Origin: Seison nebaliae
Lineage: Eukaryota
Direction: 5' to 3'
Assembly: GCA_023231475.1 (NCBI GenBank)
Contig: JALJEE010000759.1
Location: 1 to 64,000, forward strand
DNA length: 64,000 bases
Shown one piece after another: positions 13,062 through 26,116 of the stretch. The position numbers and the translations under genes were made by a program. Under the pieces are notes generated by a model that was not told where the DNA came from, made no database searches, and saw nothing but the letters and a program-made list of their open reading frames with translations. Numbering within the stretch: position 1 is the stretch's first letter; each line of letters opens with the position of its first letter.

Positions 13062-15895
13062 TTACTTCCAGTCGATATTAAATTTTTGATTTTGTTCAAC
13101 AAATTTCAGTTGGAGGGAATAGATCAGTAATTTATCTAAACTGTTCGAATATTTGAATGTTGTCAGTGATTGATGATTAAGTGAGACAGCCGTAATATTT
13201 CTCTTCAATCCATAAACTTGAACAGTAGAGATATGAAGTGATTGTTTAGTAAGAGAGAGTTCGCTTGCAACAATTTCCATATTAGTTTTGTTCGTTGAAA
13301 ATTGGAGTATAATTTTATTAGAGTTATTACTAATCGTAGATTTACCATCATCAAAAAATAATAATTCTTTATTCATCTGTTCATCGTTGACGACAGAAAT
13401 GATAAGGAATTCTTTGTTTCTTCCGATCTCTTGGAAAATGGTACAGGATGATCGAATAAAGACAGGGATTTCAGTTAACGATCGATCATAATTCACGAAC
13501 CATTTTATATTACCTGAAGAATAACTCGTTCCATTATGAAGATAGATCCAATAATCATTCTGTTGAATGCGCGGTAAATAAATCGATCTGGATGTCGTTT
13601 GTTTAACCAGAAAAGGAGCGACCGTTAAACATTCTCCTATTAAAAATTGGTCGTCTTTTGGTTTAGTTGAAACATTCTCTGCAATTTCACTATAAACCAA
13701 ATTGGCTTTAAGATGAATAAATTGATAGAATTTCGAATAGAAATATTGTACAAGAGAATGACGTAATTCTAATGAAATTCTCATACTGTTTTGAGCAGAT
13801 GATGACCAAGAGGCTGGATCCTGATCAATAGTGCCAATCGTGTTATGATTTCTCATGAATGGATAGAAAGCACCTAATTGCATCCACCGAATACAAAGTT
13901 CTTCGTTTGTGTCACCAATAAATCCACAAATATCAGCACCAATCATTGGAATGCCAAATAATTGGAATCTGAGAATATCTAGAAAAATTGGTTAAAAGAT
14001 GAATTTTTAACATTTCTAACTTCCTATCGAATCCTTCATATCGGACCATTTTGAAAAGTTATCGCCACTCCAATGATTGGTATATCGACCACTTCCCACA
14101 AATGTACTTCGACTTAAAATGAAATTTCTCTGATTGGGAAATAATCTTTCTAATCCACTAAAAATTCAAATATAATGGAAAATGAAAAAGAAAGAAAAAT
14201 TAACATATGTGTCGCTCTAGCCATACTCCAACCATAAAGTGAATGTAGGTCATAATGTGAACGTTCCACACTCTTATGAAATGAATGAGGACAAATCGTT
14301 TTCGAACTTAAACTTCCGTCAACGATATTTGGAACGTATGGTGGATTATCATACAATGAAGACGAATTGCAATTTGAAGTAAAACTAGCTGGTTCATTCA
14401 TATCGATCCAAATTCCATCAAATGCCGTTAAATTATGAAGCACTTTCAACCATTTACTCCACCAATCTACCGTTTTGTCATTGAAGAAATCAGGAAATAC
14501 TGTTTCACCCGGCCATACTTTCCCAATAGTTGCATTGGAATTTAATTCTGATTCTTGAATAAATACCTCATCCTTAATACCGTCTAAATATGGTTGATAA
14601 TCATTACTATTGGAAATGGCTGCGTCAAGTATAAGTACAAGTTTCCGATTATTTTGATGTAGATATTCCGAGAAATTTCTCAATTGACCAAAAGTATTTG
14701 AATCTAATGTAAAATCACGATATTTCCACATATAATCGATATCCAACCATTGAACATCGATCGACATATTTTTTTGTATATTTCTCTTCAAAATATTCTC
14801 CACATTCTCCAACGACTTACTACCAAATCGACATAAATGGAAACCGAACGACCATTGAGGTGGAAGTTGAGGATAACCGATAACATCCATAAATTGGTGG
14901 ATAATTTCATTGAATGAACTTCTCGAATTATCAGTTGATGATACAAAAAAAGTAAAGTCAAATATCCCTCCGATACTTCGATATGTTAGTGATGGATTTG
15001 ATTTCCCAATAATTTCCATCGCGTTCGAATTCTTTAATATAATTCCAAAAGAATTATTCGATTTCAATCGACTAATGAAAAAGGGATGAGTTCCATATAA
15101 ATTACTATTATATTCTGGTGGTCCATCTTTATTCCAGTAATAAATCGATTTATCCTTTCCTTCTTCTAATTGAGAGAGATCGATACCAAACGAATCTCTT
15201 CTCTCACCCAATCCATAAATAAGTGAAGATGGAAGTTTCGTTGATATTTCCAGAAATTGATCGGCAAAAGTTAATGGAGAAATCGATGAATCAAAAATAG
15301 TTTCGTTAGTTTTCGAAAAGATTATTCGGAAACTTCCAGTTGTTTTTGAATATTCAAAAAAAAATTTTGAATATTTTTTCGAAACTTTTCTTGGATATTT
15401 GAATGGTACTGGAACTTCGTATCGTTCAAAATCAGTTGGTTCAATTTTCACTCTAATTAATTGTTCATAGAATGTAATTTTCAATTTAATCGATTCATAT
15501 TCGGATATATGACGGAAGTATTTGGGATTTTTTCTCAAATCAATTTTTATCCCATATTTTCCTTCTTCTACTGCCACAACTTTATATGACTCGTCACCTT
15601 CATCTTCCGGATAAAAACACCAGGGAATACCCTCGACTTTGTTAGAAAATACCGTTGAATCATAACAACAATGTCGTTGGATACATGCCTCTCTCGATAT
15701 TGGAGATCGTTCGGGATGACAATCAAATCGATTCTTCACTTCCATGGGACAAACGAGACAATGATATTTATCGTAATTTGTTACAGAAAATAAGTTGAGG
15801 AAGATTTTTATGAAATCATCCAAAACCATATTATTACATAACCATAAGAAAATGATTAATATCAATAAAATTGATGTGAACATGTAAGTTTCCAT
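13062..15895 (-). CDS. GH31 alpha-glucosidase (lysosomal alpha-glucosidase/maltase-glucoamylase-like), 3 exons, ~914 aa
   Basis: Has an N-terminal hydrophobic segment, a trefoil domain (RFDCHPE...CIQRHCC...PWCFYP), the nucleophile motif WIDMNEP, the acid/base motif HWSGDN and GADICGF...[16 protein letters not shown]. Introns 14158-14204 and 13979-14020 (both GTT-AG) restore the frame. Confidence 0.95.
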
Positions 15896-15977
15896 TTTTT
15901 ACCGATTGCTTCTATTCCTAATTGAATTCCAAATTTCTCATGAAATTGATGAAATTGTTCGAGGTCAAATTGTTCAT

Positions 15978-16089
15978 GAAATTGATGTAATAATTTGTAG
16001 TGAAGGAAATTGATGAAATAATTTGTAGTGAAGGAAATTGATGAAATAATTTGTAGTGAAGGAAATTGATGAAATAATTTGTAGTGATG
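15978..16089. repeat. 28-bp minisatellite, 4 copies
   Basis: Unit gaaattgatgaaataatttgtagtgaag repeated four times, with two single-base variants. Confidence 0.95.
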
Positions 16090-16363
16090 AGAATTAATAA
16101 AATAATTTGAAATAGAATAGAGTTGAAGAATTATTTGATGAAGTTTGAAGTTGAAGAAGAATAAATTACCAAAGAATAGTTTCGATTAGAATAACAAATA
16201 TTGTAAACAAAAATTTAACGAAATTTATTCATAAATTTTATTTTCCTAGTATAAAGTTTATTGCTGGTCTAGTTCCCTATTTACTCTTTACCATCACTAT
16301 TACTACATATTTAATTAAACTATTTCAAAAGAAGCTGATTCTTTACAATTATTTATAAAAATT

Positions 16364-16591
16364 TTATGATTCCGGTGTAGTGTCGTTAGCACTTGCTGGT
16401 GGATGGTCTTCAGCACTAGCTGGTGCTGGATCATTTATATGTTCGCCCTGTAAACTGGCGGGTGCATTATCTGCATTTTGTGGATTTTTCTTAATAGATA
16501 TTGCACGGAATTTCTCTGAAATATTTTTCTTTCCTCTTTGAAAAAATTGTGCCATTTTATTCGACTGTTTATCCGGTTGTTGTTCAGACAT
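16364..16591 (-). CDS. Putative 75-aa orphan protein
   Basis: ATG-TAA ORF that is more GC-rich than its flanks, with a basic N-half and a P/A/D-rich C-half containing repeated PAS. No recognisable homology. Confidence 0.5.
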   Translation of the reverse strand: MSEQQPDKQSNKMAQFFQRGKKNISEKFRAISIKKNPQNADNAPASLQGEHINDPAPASAEDHPPASANDTTPES

Positions 16592-16791
16592 GACTAGTTG
16601 TTAGTTAAATGAAAATAAAATGTAAATGAAAAACAAGAAACAAAAATAAAACAATTTTCTATTTTGGAAAAATTGAATTTTATTTAATAAGAAATTTATT
16701 TAGTTCTGCTGAGAAAGAAAATGATAAAAAAATACTTTTAATAAAAAAAAGAGTTTCTTCTTTTGTGAGAGATTCACAATTCTACAAATTG

Positions 16792-19700
16792 TCAGTGAAT
16801 CCATTTGAAAAACTTTTTGAAGGAATTTGATTTTCTTTCGAAATTTCCGTCATCCATTTTCATTGATGATAATTTTGCCGTTTCTATTTTGGACGTGGCC
16901 AATAAGTTGGGATCTAAACTCAAAATTTTCAACGTTATCTGGTCGATATATGCATTCAAATCGTCAATACGATTTTGTTTTTCATTTAATCCATTCTGTT
17001 GATAAATGATCAATTCATCCAATTCCTTCAAATAAATTGGAAATTTAATTTAAAAAAATTATATTAGGCAACTTTTCTAGTCAATTGTTGAAGACGGCGT
17101 TCATCCTCTTTTTCTATATGTATTCCATAAAAATCTTCACGACTGATATTTCCGATAATTAAATCTCGATTCTTCACTTGATCGCTGACAATGTCTGGTA
17201 GATCGACCGGTTTATTATTGACCGATGTTCCACTGTCAACCTACAAAGAAATGTTATTAAAAATTTTTAATTTAAAAAGAAATAATAATTTATAAATAGT
17301 GAAATAAGTTTTAGAGTGGAATATGAAGAAAAAATGAATAACAATAAAAAGATCGATTGGTGGAATATTTTCATTCAAATTCTTCAAAACAAATTCATTT
17401 AATTCTTTCGATGTCATTTTTTCGATTTTTTTCCTAATAATTTTATGTCGATTCTGAAACGATGTCTGGATTTTTCGAACGAACGAAGAGTTTTCATTAT
17501 TCGGATGATGATTGAAAGAACGATTGTTTGAACAATGTTGTTTAATTATTCGTTGAATTAGCTCCTCATGTATCTCGTCGTTTGACATCTGTTGGTAGAA
17601 GGTCATCCCATTCTCTTTTAAATCTCTCGTCAATGTCGATGGTTGAATTAGGACCTCATGTGGATGGGAGGATTTGTGTGATTTCACTTGTCGTTTTATT
17701 GGTAATGATTTCGTTCTTTTCTTCTCTAAATGGTCGTATGAATTCTTAATAGAATCAATTCGTTTATTGATGAAAATATTTTCATCACAAATTTTTTCTT
17801 TCTCAACCAAACTCAATTCTTTACTTGGTAGATGAAAGTCGGACGAAAAATTATCATCGTAAGTATCATCATGAAGTTCATTGATTGAAGTCGTATCATT
17901 GATTGAGAAAGCATCGGAAGTATAACTGAAATAATTGCTGTCAGATATCATGGAATAATATTTAGATTTAGAGGTCATTCCATAAGATTCGATATTAGAT
18001 AATTCAAATTCTGGATCATCGTTAACACATCGATATTGAGTATAACTTAAATCATCATATTGTTCATCTGAACATCCTGTACCGTCCAGGTATTTCATTT
18101 CAGATTCATGATTCATTTTCATTAAATTTATAGAATCATCATGAATATTTAATTTCAATTCAATATCAGAATGATAATCTGAAAAATTTTCGATTTTAAT
18201 TCCATTGTTCAATTTAATGGAATCATAATCAGGAATTATTTTGATTTCAGTTCCATTTTCAAACGTAATGGAATCAGATTCAAAATCAGGAAATTGATAT
18301 GATAATATTTTACAGAATTCATTATACCAAGTAATAAGATGACTATGAATATTTTCTAATTGTCTATCACTTTCCATTAATTTGATGATATTAGTAAATT
18401 GTAAAATTTTCAAATAATTGCTTCTTTTATGCATGAGCTGATAGAGGACGAAACCATTACACACGAATAAATGACGACCAATTAATTCGAATATTTGTTC
18501 TGATAAAACATTTTTCAAAATATTTATTTCCATCCTCACTTTCATCAAGCGATGGAATGATGAGAGAATTACAGGTTTCTTCCCATATTTCTCTAAAACT
18601 TTCATAATTTCCTCAAATAATTTTCCTCACCCTTCCAATCAATAACAAAAAGAATAATCGTATGAGAAATATTGATAATTGAATCATTTAGAAATTTTTC
18701 TCTTTTTCGTTTGGAGAAGAAGGAACGAGAGAATTTTCTCTTCTCTGTGGTTTTCGTTGAAGGATTTTTTTTTTCGTTGGACAACTGCGAGAATTCGATT
18801 AATGGGAAATGGCTTATAGTAGCTTCATCAATTGAAGAGAAAGAGTTGATTGTTGTATGTACATCTCAATAAATTGAAAATTGCCAATAGGAAAGTACAT
18901 GTGATTTTCCAATATGGATAATATTTGAAATTTCGAATAGATATGGTTTGATGCGTAAATCTATGGATAGATGTCAATTGATAAAGAACTTTATCTTTCC
19001 TAAATTTATTAGGAAGTTCATGGTTATCTGCATGTTGGAGAAAGTGAAATAATTGATCATTAAAGAGAATTTGGATCATATTTCACCTTTTATTTTATAC
19101 GAGCTCTAATCGAGCAGAACAATCAACAATAATAAAATTGACGTAAATCACGGAAAGTAGTATTTAGAGAGGAAAAATGTTTAACTGAATAATTGGATGA
19201 AGTATGATTTCCTCCATCATGGATTGGTGTTGGAATTGATTTGGAAATGGATGTCGGTGGGAGTGGTGGAAGCATTCCATTCGTTTTCTCATCTTCACTG
19301 AAACTTGGATCATTTGTCGACATGGTTTCCTACAAAGAAAAAATAACGAAACAGAAATGAAATGAAATAAAACGAACCAAATCATCAAGTAGATCAGCTT
19401 GCGGAATTAACTTGCGACGAAATGAACTCCTCATCGATCCATATCGACTAAATGACATACGACTATTAGTCGCTGCATTCTTTTAATAAACGTCAAATTT
19501 GGCAAATTAATAAAATAAAATTAAACATCATCAATTATTGATGTTCGAAATGATGACGAACAATTAGATCGAATACTACCCGATCGTCTGATAATTTCAT
19601 CAGTCTCTTTCATCAACACATCTATTATCAACAGAAATTATGAATAAAGAAAGAAAATAAGAAAATATAAATAACTTTCAATTTCATCTAAAGTTTTCTT

Positions 19701-22700
19701 TCGTTCAATCTTCTCATCACGAATATCACATGACGACGACGATGGTAAGAGTGATGGTGATGATGATATCGATTGATCTTCAAAAATATTTTCAGATTTC
19801 TCACTATGAATGACATCTGTGGAAGATGAAGTTTTTGTTACACCATCAATAATAATTTTATGATTTTTCTTATTTTCAATAATTTTTTCTTTTGGAACGT
19901 TGGAACTTTTCGATTAATAATTTTCGTTTGTAATAAGAGAATAGAAAATTTTATTTGGATAAAATTCTTTGAAAAAATAAAGAAAACTTTTCCCTCACAA
20001 TTTTCTTATGGATTTCTTCTTGATAATCATCATCTTCACTTAAACTTTTTATATCGTCGTCGTCGTCTTTACGAGCACAGAGATGTGTAATCGCTGATTG
20101 TTGTTGGTCAGCTATCCGATTCTGCCACAGTTGTAGTTGTTCCTCTTGTTGTTGATTGTGGTAAGAAATTAATTCGTTACGAAAAGAACTATTCATTCGT
20201 TTATGACGTAATTCCACTTCGGAGCGAATATCGTCTGTGGAAATAACATCGAATGGGTCTCGTTCGACAGTAGCGGAATTCTTTTCCAATTCCGCTTTGT
20301 CTTTCTTCATCGACGTTTTATGAGTTGCCTATTATGTTGGAAATGAATGAAATAATTGATGTTCGATAGGGAAAGAGGGAAAACAAATAGTCGTTATTTT
20401 GGCGACATGCCGTTTTCAATTGGAAACAGAAATGGAATAGAAGACGGTGAGAAGAAACCGGAAGAATAGCAATAAAATTTATAAGAACAATTAATTTTCC
20501 TCATAAATTATCCGTAAAAAACATTCCGGTTTAAAAAACTTGGAAAAATCAATCAATTCCACTCAATCAATTTAATCATATTAAATAGACGAAGTTGAGT
20601 TGAGAAGAATCAATTTTAGGAAATGGAAATTATTGAGATAATTTTAATAAAATTAAATTATCATCAATCGCATCATAAATAAGTCAGCAAAGGAATATGA
20701 TAAGGGAAAAATTTTGAAAAAATAATTGAAAATAATATTTCTGTTTTTATCTCATGGAAAATTTTGAAGAAAGAGAAAATATCAGTCTTATACCTGAAAA
20801 TCATCATATGTGTCACTATGACAACGGCATGCTATATGAATGTATATTGATTAGACAAACGAATTGTTCGTAAATTCTTTATTAGTCATCTAGATATGAA
20901 TATATCAGAATTCACGTACATTTAACTAATTTCTTTTCTTCCACATATACAAAAGATTTATTATCAGATGTTATTCTCTCCCTTTCCAACAACGACAACA
21001 ATAATTTCCAGAAATACTTTCGGATGAAATCGATACAATTACCTTTCCCCGTACGTTAGTTCAGACGGATAAATGTGAATAATAGAATATCCATTTTTCA
21101 TTTCTCATCACCGAAAAATTTTTGGTAAGAGGAAAAAATAATTTTTCTTCCCATCCAGTCTGACGATCGAATCTACATCATTGAATTTCGATGATTATTG
21201 GATAGAAGAGGAAAAAGGAAGAAGAAATTGCGGCATATTCTTTTCTTAAGAATAGTCCTCGTGGATTTCTGTTGATTAAAATTAGGATAATTAATTGAAT
21301 TTGAAATTGTGGAGACATGTGGAAATTAATTTACATTTAAAAAATGACATTCTCCCATTGTTTGATTCGTATAATTCGATTAGTGAATCGAGAAGGGAGA
21401 GATAATCTTTCTCATTTGTTACATTTTAATTGAAATTGGAGAAATTTGGAATGAGATCTCGATGTGACGATCTGATAATTCCCGATGTTGCCTTCCGTGA
21501 CACAAACGAATATTTGTCGTTTGAAATGAGATATCAACAGAATGAACTTATTTACGGATGTAATTATCCTTTTCATTATCAAATGGAGAAAAAAAAATTT
21601 CAGAGATATATCAAATTTACATAAGCGATGAATGTAATTTAATATTTTCTCATCAGATCATCGACATCTGATATACTTTACGTGAACGTATATCAGTATT
21701 GAGAGTAAACTTTTTACGTCTTATTCAATTTACCATTCCATCCCTCGATGGTTTTTTTCTCTCCAATAATTGGATGTATGTGAAGGGAAGGAATGGATCA
21801 AAAAATATTAACCAGCAAATCATGAGTCATATTATTGATTGAATTATTATTGTTTGTTGGAGATGGCAAATTACTCGTATTTCTACTACTAGCAGATGTT
21901 TGATAATTGTCTACATCTGTTGGTGTACTCGATGTTGCACTATTTCCTACTTCTCTGTCTAAAATGAACAAATGTGAAATTTCTCAGTGAGAAAAAAAAA
22001 ACGAACGATTAGTTGAAGTAATTGTCAATTTTCTTTTTGCTGCTTTCAAGATATTTGTGGCTGAATGTTTCCCACCACCATGTGACGGCTAATCGATTGA
22101 TTATGTTAAAACAAATTTAGCGAATTAAAAACTTTTCTAACTCTGTTTGGTCGTCGACTTTTCTCTGTCTCACTCTCACTCGACGACGTCAAATGTTTTT
22201 TTCTCGATTTAACTGATGTTGTTGTTTTCATACGTTCTTTAGCTTTCCGTTTCTCTTCATCGATTGTTCGTTGGAAATCGTCGTTATCAATAATAATTGA
22301 ATTTAACGAACCGAATGAACTTGTCATTGAAATATTATCTCGGGGAAGAAAACGGGCGAAATCATGATTCGTATTTTCGGTCTCAATTTGTCCCATTGTC
22401 TTTCCATTCATCTCCTCCATGATTGAATGACGTAATTTTATATTTGATGATGGCTATTGTGTTTCGGACAATTTTCGAATGAGATAAAAGTAGAATAAAT
22501 TATTTAGAGAAGAAAAGAAGAAACATTTTCTTTCGTTCGATCGATCGACGAAGTTTTCAGTGAATTATTTCCATTTTCAATCATTGAATTTCTTTGTGTC
22601 TTCCCTCTAATCTTTTCACCTTCAATTAATAAAGTTATAATATAATTATGTTAATTATTAGACATCATTTACTTCTCATCAACATATCGATCAGATCGAC

Positions 22701-23359
22701 AATGTGAAGTTGGTCATTCTTATCGAAAAATCACATTAACATTAAAAATGTTTAAATGATGAATAAAAATGATCCAGAAGGAAAGAGAAAAATTGGATCA
22801 TTAATAATTAAAATTGGGATTATTGTTTGAAGGGTGAAAATTAACCGAAATTCTTCAGTTTGCCTGAAATGAAGCGTGACTTCTTCGAGTTGATTGACCA
22901 AGAACTCCCATAATTACTCGAATTCATCATATTTGTACTCGTCCTCTTTGTAGTGAAGTGCAATCCGATGTTTATGTCTCCCCGTTCTTTATCCACTTTC
23001 CCCGGCTTCGAATGTAACTTATACCATTTTGATGGAATTATCGATGAATGTTGAAGGTTATTCAATTCAATTTGGGTTTGACCCAAAAACTCGAATCCGA
23101 ACCTAGTTCGATGACACACAACAATAATTAGGTTCTGTAATGTCACTCTTTCATCGCCGAATAATTGACTGGAATGAAGGTTATTTGACGGAATATTTCT
23201 TCATTAAACAATTCACTAACAATTCACATTCCTCATTCCATTGTGGTGAAGTTACTGAATCGATAGTTGAAGTATGAATTTTTTCATTGTGGAAGTACGC
23301 TGTGCAGAAGACGTCAGAGCCATGCTTCGTTTTACCGATGACATTTCTCGCAGAATTTA
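16792..23359 (-). CDS. RAB11FIP: Rab11 family-interacting protein, class I (C2 domain + FIP-RBD); ~13 exons traced, first exon not resolved
   Basis: C2 exons read VNSARNVIGKTKHGSDVFC...SPQWNEECEF and KWYKLHSKPGKVDKERGDI. The C-terminal FIP-RBD reads LQQLTRKELDELII...RIDDLNAYIDQITLKILSLDPNLL. Frame-consistent GTT-AG introns include 23169-23220, 17026-17072 and 17241-19185. Confidence 0.88.
17343..19079 (-). CDS. Coding module nested in a Rab11-FIP intron (alternative first exons or a nested gene), ~550 aa
   Basis: Three same-strand ORFs (18828-19079, 18602-18784, 17241-18605) can be joined by ~34-38 nt introns. A phase-0 GTT donor at 17342 matches the phase-0 acceptor at 17241. Confidence 0.55.
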
Positions 23360-25260
23360 CTGGAAATAACAGATGAGAGAAAAAAGATTGAAGAGATAAA
23401 ACTTTTTACGATGACGTGAGTTGGTTGTAACATTTCTATTGGGAAATTTGTGGAAGAAAATTCTCTTTACATTTGAATTTGAGTGAATGTTTTTATTGTC
23501 TGATATTAGAATGATAAGAGAACATTCGAGATAAGAGAATCTAAAGAAAAGCATAAATCATTTAACTTCAAAGTCAACAAATTTCATTCGATTTATATTA
23601 GTCATTTAAACATCGTGTTTGTAATGTGCAGATGATGAATTGTGTAATTAGCAAAATACAAAATCTTTTAAAAATCAATTACACGTTGCCTTCTTTCCTT
23701 CATTTTCTAATTACAAATCTCCTACTATTCCACTATAAAAGATTAAGTAGTCTGTAAATTGAAATGGAATTCTCCTTAAAACATTTTTGCTTCACTTTTC
23801 CAAATGAAACGAGAGAAGTGAAGGTTATTTGTGGAATGGCTGGAGATTGTTGGTCTGATAATTTTTCCTTTACAATTCCATTATAGATAAGGGATAGATA
23901 TCTATCTATTTTTTATTTATCCAATTTTCAATAATGAATCATCTCTACGATGGATTTTATTGAATTAATGAATTTGGAAGAAAAGCTTTTCTTCCAATGA
24001 CCTAAATCCTAGATCGTTGAAAAGATGTATTCAATAATTGTCTGGATGAAACGTATTCGAATACCTTGATAGAGAAGAGGATTATCATTCATAGAAGAAA
24101 ATGGGAAGGGAAAAGGAAAATTTAGTTTTTTAGAAAATTTCCTCAATTTCCTTCCTCCATTGTAATCGATAATGACATTCGGAAATCAATGGGAAAAAGA
24201 CGATTAAAACAGATAGAAAATAATTTAGGAAAAACATTTGGATAAAAAGAAAGATTTTCTCACTGTCGCTCTCAATCTCACCGTTATGAAAAGAAGAGAA
24301 AAAGGTAGTGAATCCATGTCAATATTAGTGTTGGAGAAAAATAGATTTTTTCCTTAAGATCTTCATAAAATTATCAATGTTCAATATGTTCAGGAAACTC
24401 GATGAAATGAAGACACTTTTCTTAAATTTTCGAAAAGATCATCATCATTTCTGTCTATGAATTTCACTTACATTTTTTCTTCTTTCATTCATGATTTGAA
24501 ATAATTTGAATGATAATATGAATCGGAGACAATCAAGGTTACTCTCATTCTCCTATTAAAATATTCCATGGGAATGTTGGATGATTGATTAGTTTGTTTC
24601 TTCACTTTATACAGTTCAACTAATTATCGTTAAGAAGAAAGAAGTTTCTTTTGGAGAAGACCAAATAACTCATTCCCAATTATCATGGAACATTGATAAT
24701 CATGGGAGAATGGTACCATTTCCATCATTTATTTACTTTTCTTCCAAACATTACTCTTATTTTGAATGTTGAAATAGGACTAACGAACAACATGAAAATT
24801 AAATGAATCGTTTACCAATGAACGAATCGTCACAATTCTACTATCTAATAAATCATTTGACGGAGAACAAATTTCTCAAATAGCTGATACATTTTTCTGA
24901 TACATCCCCATGTCAATTAATTGATGATTATGTATATAACGTTTTCCTAATTAACCAGTTGGTGACGTAAAGGTAATTTTTGAATAATATCGGAAATCGA
25001 TCGATTTTCATTAATCAACATCATCGGATGATTGAAGGTACATAAATTGAATTTAATAAAAATTTGAGGTAAATGAATTTTGGAAATAAAAATAACTGAC
25101 GTCAAATCTCTTCACTGATGTGAGTGTCAATATTAATTTGAAGATTTTAACAAAAATATATCGGTGAAATCACACAAGAAAGTGTAATGAACCATGGGTG
25201 TCCTTCGCGGACTTTAATAGAATTGATGTAGAATATAATTAAATTTATAAGAATAAATTG

Positions 25261-25274
25261 GTCGTCATGACAAC
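25261..25274. promoter_or_regulatory. RFX X-box
   Basis: GTCGTCATGACAAC fits GTHNYY-AT-RRNAAC and lies about 100 bp upstream of a putative axonemal gene ATG. Confidence 0.65.
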
Positions 25275-25375
25275 GAGTGAATTGGAGAAATAAACAAACA
25301 GAAGAAAAAAAAACTACGAAACTTTATCATTAAATTCCAAATAAAGAGGAATTGTTTTTGTGGTGAAAAAAAAGA

Positions 25376-25768
25376 ATGAATCAAAAACGAATTAGTGAAC
25401 ACACCGCCGTTCATCCCATCATTCCATCGTTATATGTTGGCGATTGGAGGAATGATATGAAGAATTCGAAATTGTTACGGCAGAATGCTAATGATGGGAG
25501 AATTCCGTTGTATGATCATGATGATCATATTTTCTGGAAACATCGGGAACAATGTCCCAGATACAACGTTGAAGAGAGTGGAAAGATATTAGGAAAATAT
25601 GACAGAGGTGAACGCGATGAATATTTAGAAACAGAAATGTCGCAACGTCATGATAAATATCGAAGTCGTCTAATGAAATATGAGTCGAATATAAAATGTC
25701 CATCTGATAATGTCGATGAAAATACCCGAAATAAATCAACGATCGATGTAAAGATCATTTTCGAATAG
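25376..25768 (+). CDS. TEX43/SPMIP10-like sperm/cilia microtubule inner protein, 130 aa
   Basis: The pattern IPSLYVGDWRNDMK...ANDGRI...DDHIFWKHREQC...SRLMKYES resembles TEX43 as recalled from memory (IPRRYVMPWKENM...EDSLFLNHSERLC...SPLSRYQS). Size is similar and there is an upstream X-box. Confidence 0.65.
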   Translation: MNQKRISEHTAVHPIIPSLYVGDWRNDMKNSKLLRQNANDGRIPLYDHDDHIFWKHREQCPRYNVEESGKILGKYDRGERDEYLETEMSQRHDKYRSRLMKYESNIKCPSDNVDENTRNKSTIDVKIIFE

Positions 25769-26116
25769 AAACGAAACTAAATAACTTCACTGAATTTTCA
25801 TTAAAAACTATTGAAATTTTCTCTAATAAAATGTTTCTTCTTTGATTTCCCTTTTGAAATTTTCTAAATTGAAATTTTTTCTTTGATTTCTTATTGAAAT
25901 TTTTTCTTTAATATTTATAGAAATTGTTTTAACTAAAATATTTTCTATAGTTTTTATAAAAATTTTTTGTTCGATAATTTATGAAATTTTTCTTTCGATA
26001 ATTGTTGAAATATTTTCGTTGAAAATTATTCAAGTTTCCTCAATTTCTTCTTTCCTTCAGTTCAACGAAAATTGTCATCGATCCCACAACTCCATTTTCT
26101 ACGTCATTAAATCAAT

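Noticed and set aside
15978..16089. 28-bp repeats as a possible CRISPR array
   Set aside because: The copies are head-to-tail with no spacers, there are no cas genes, and the context is eukaryotic.
23560..24317. Candidate first exons of Rab11-FIP (MTNINRMKFVDFE..., MDSLPFSLLFIT...)
   Set aside because: Their donors are phase 0 but the C2 exon acceptor at 23360 needs phase 1, so the first exon is left unresolved.
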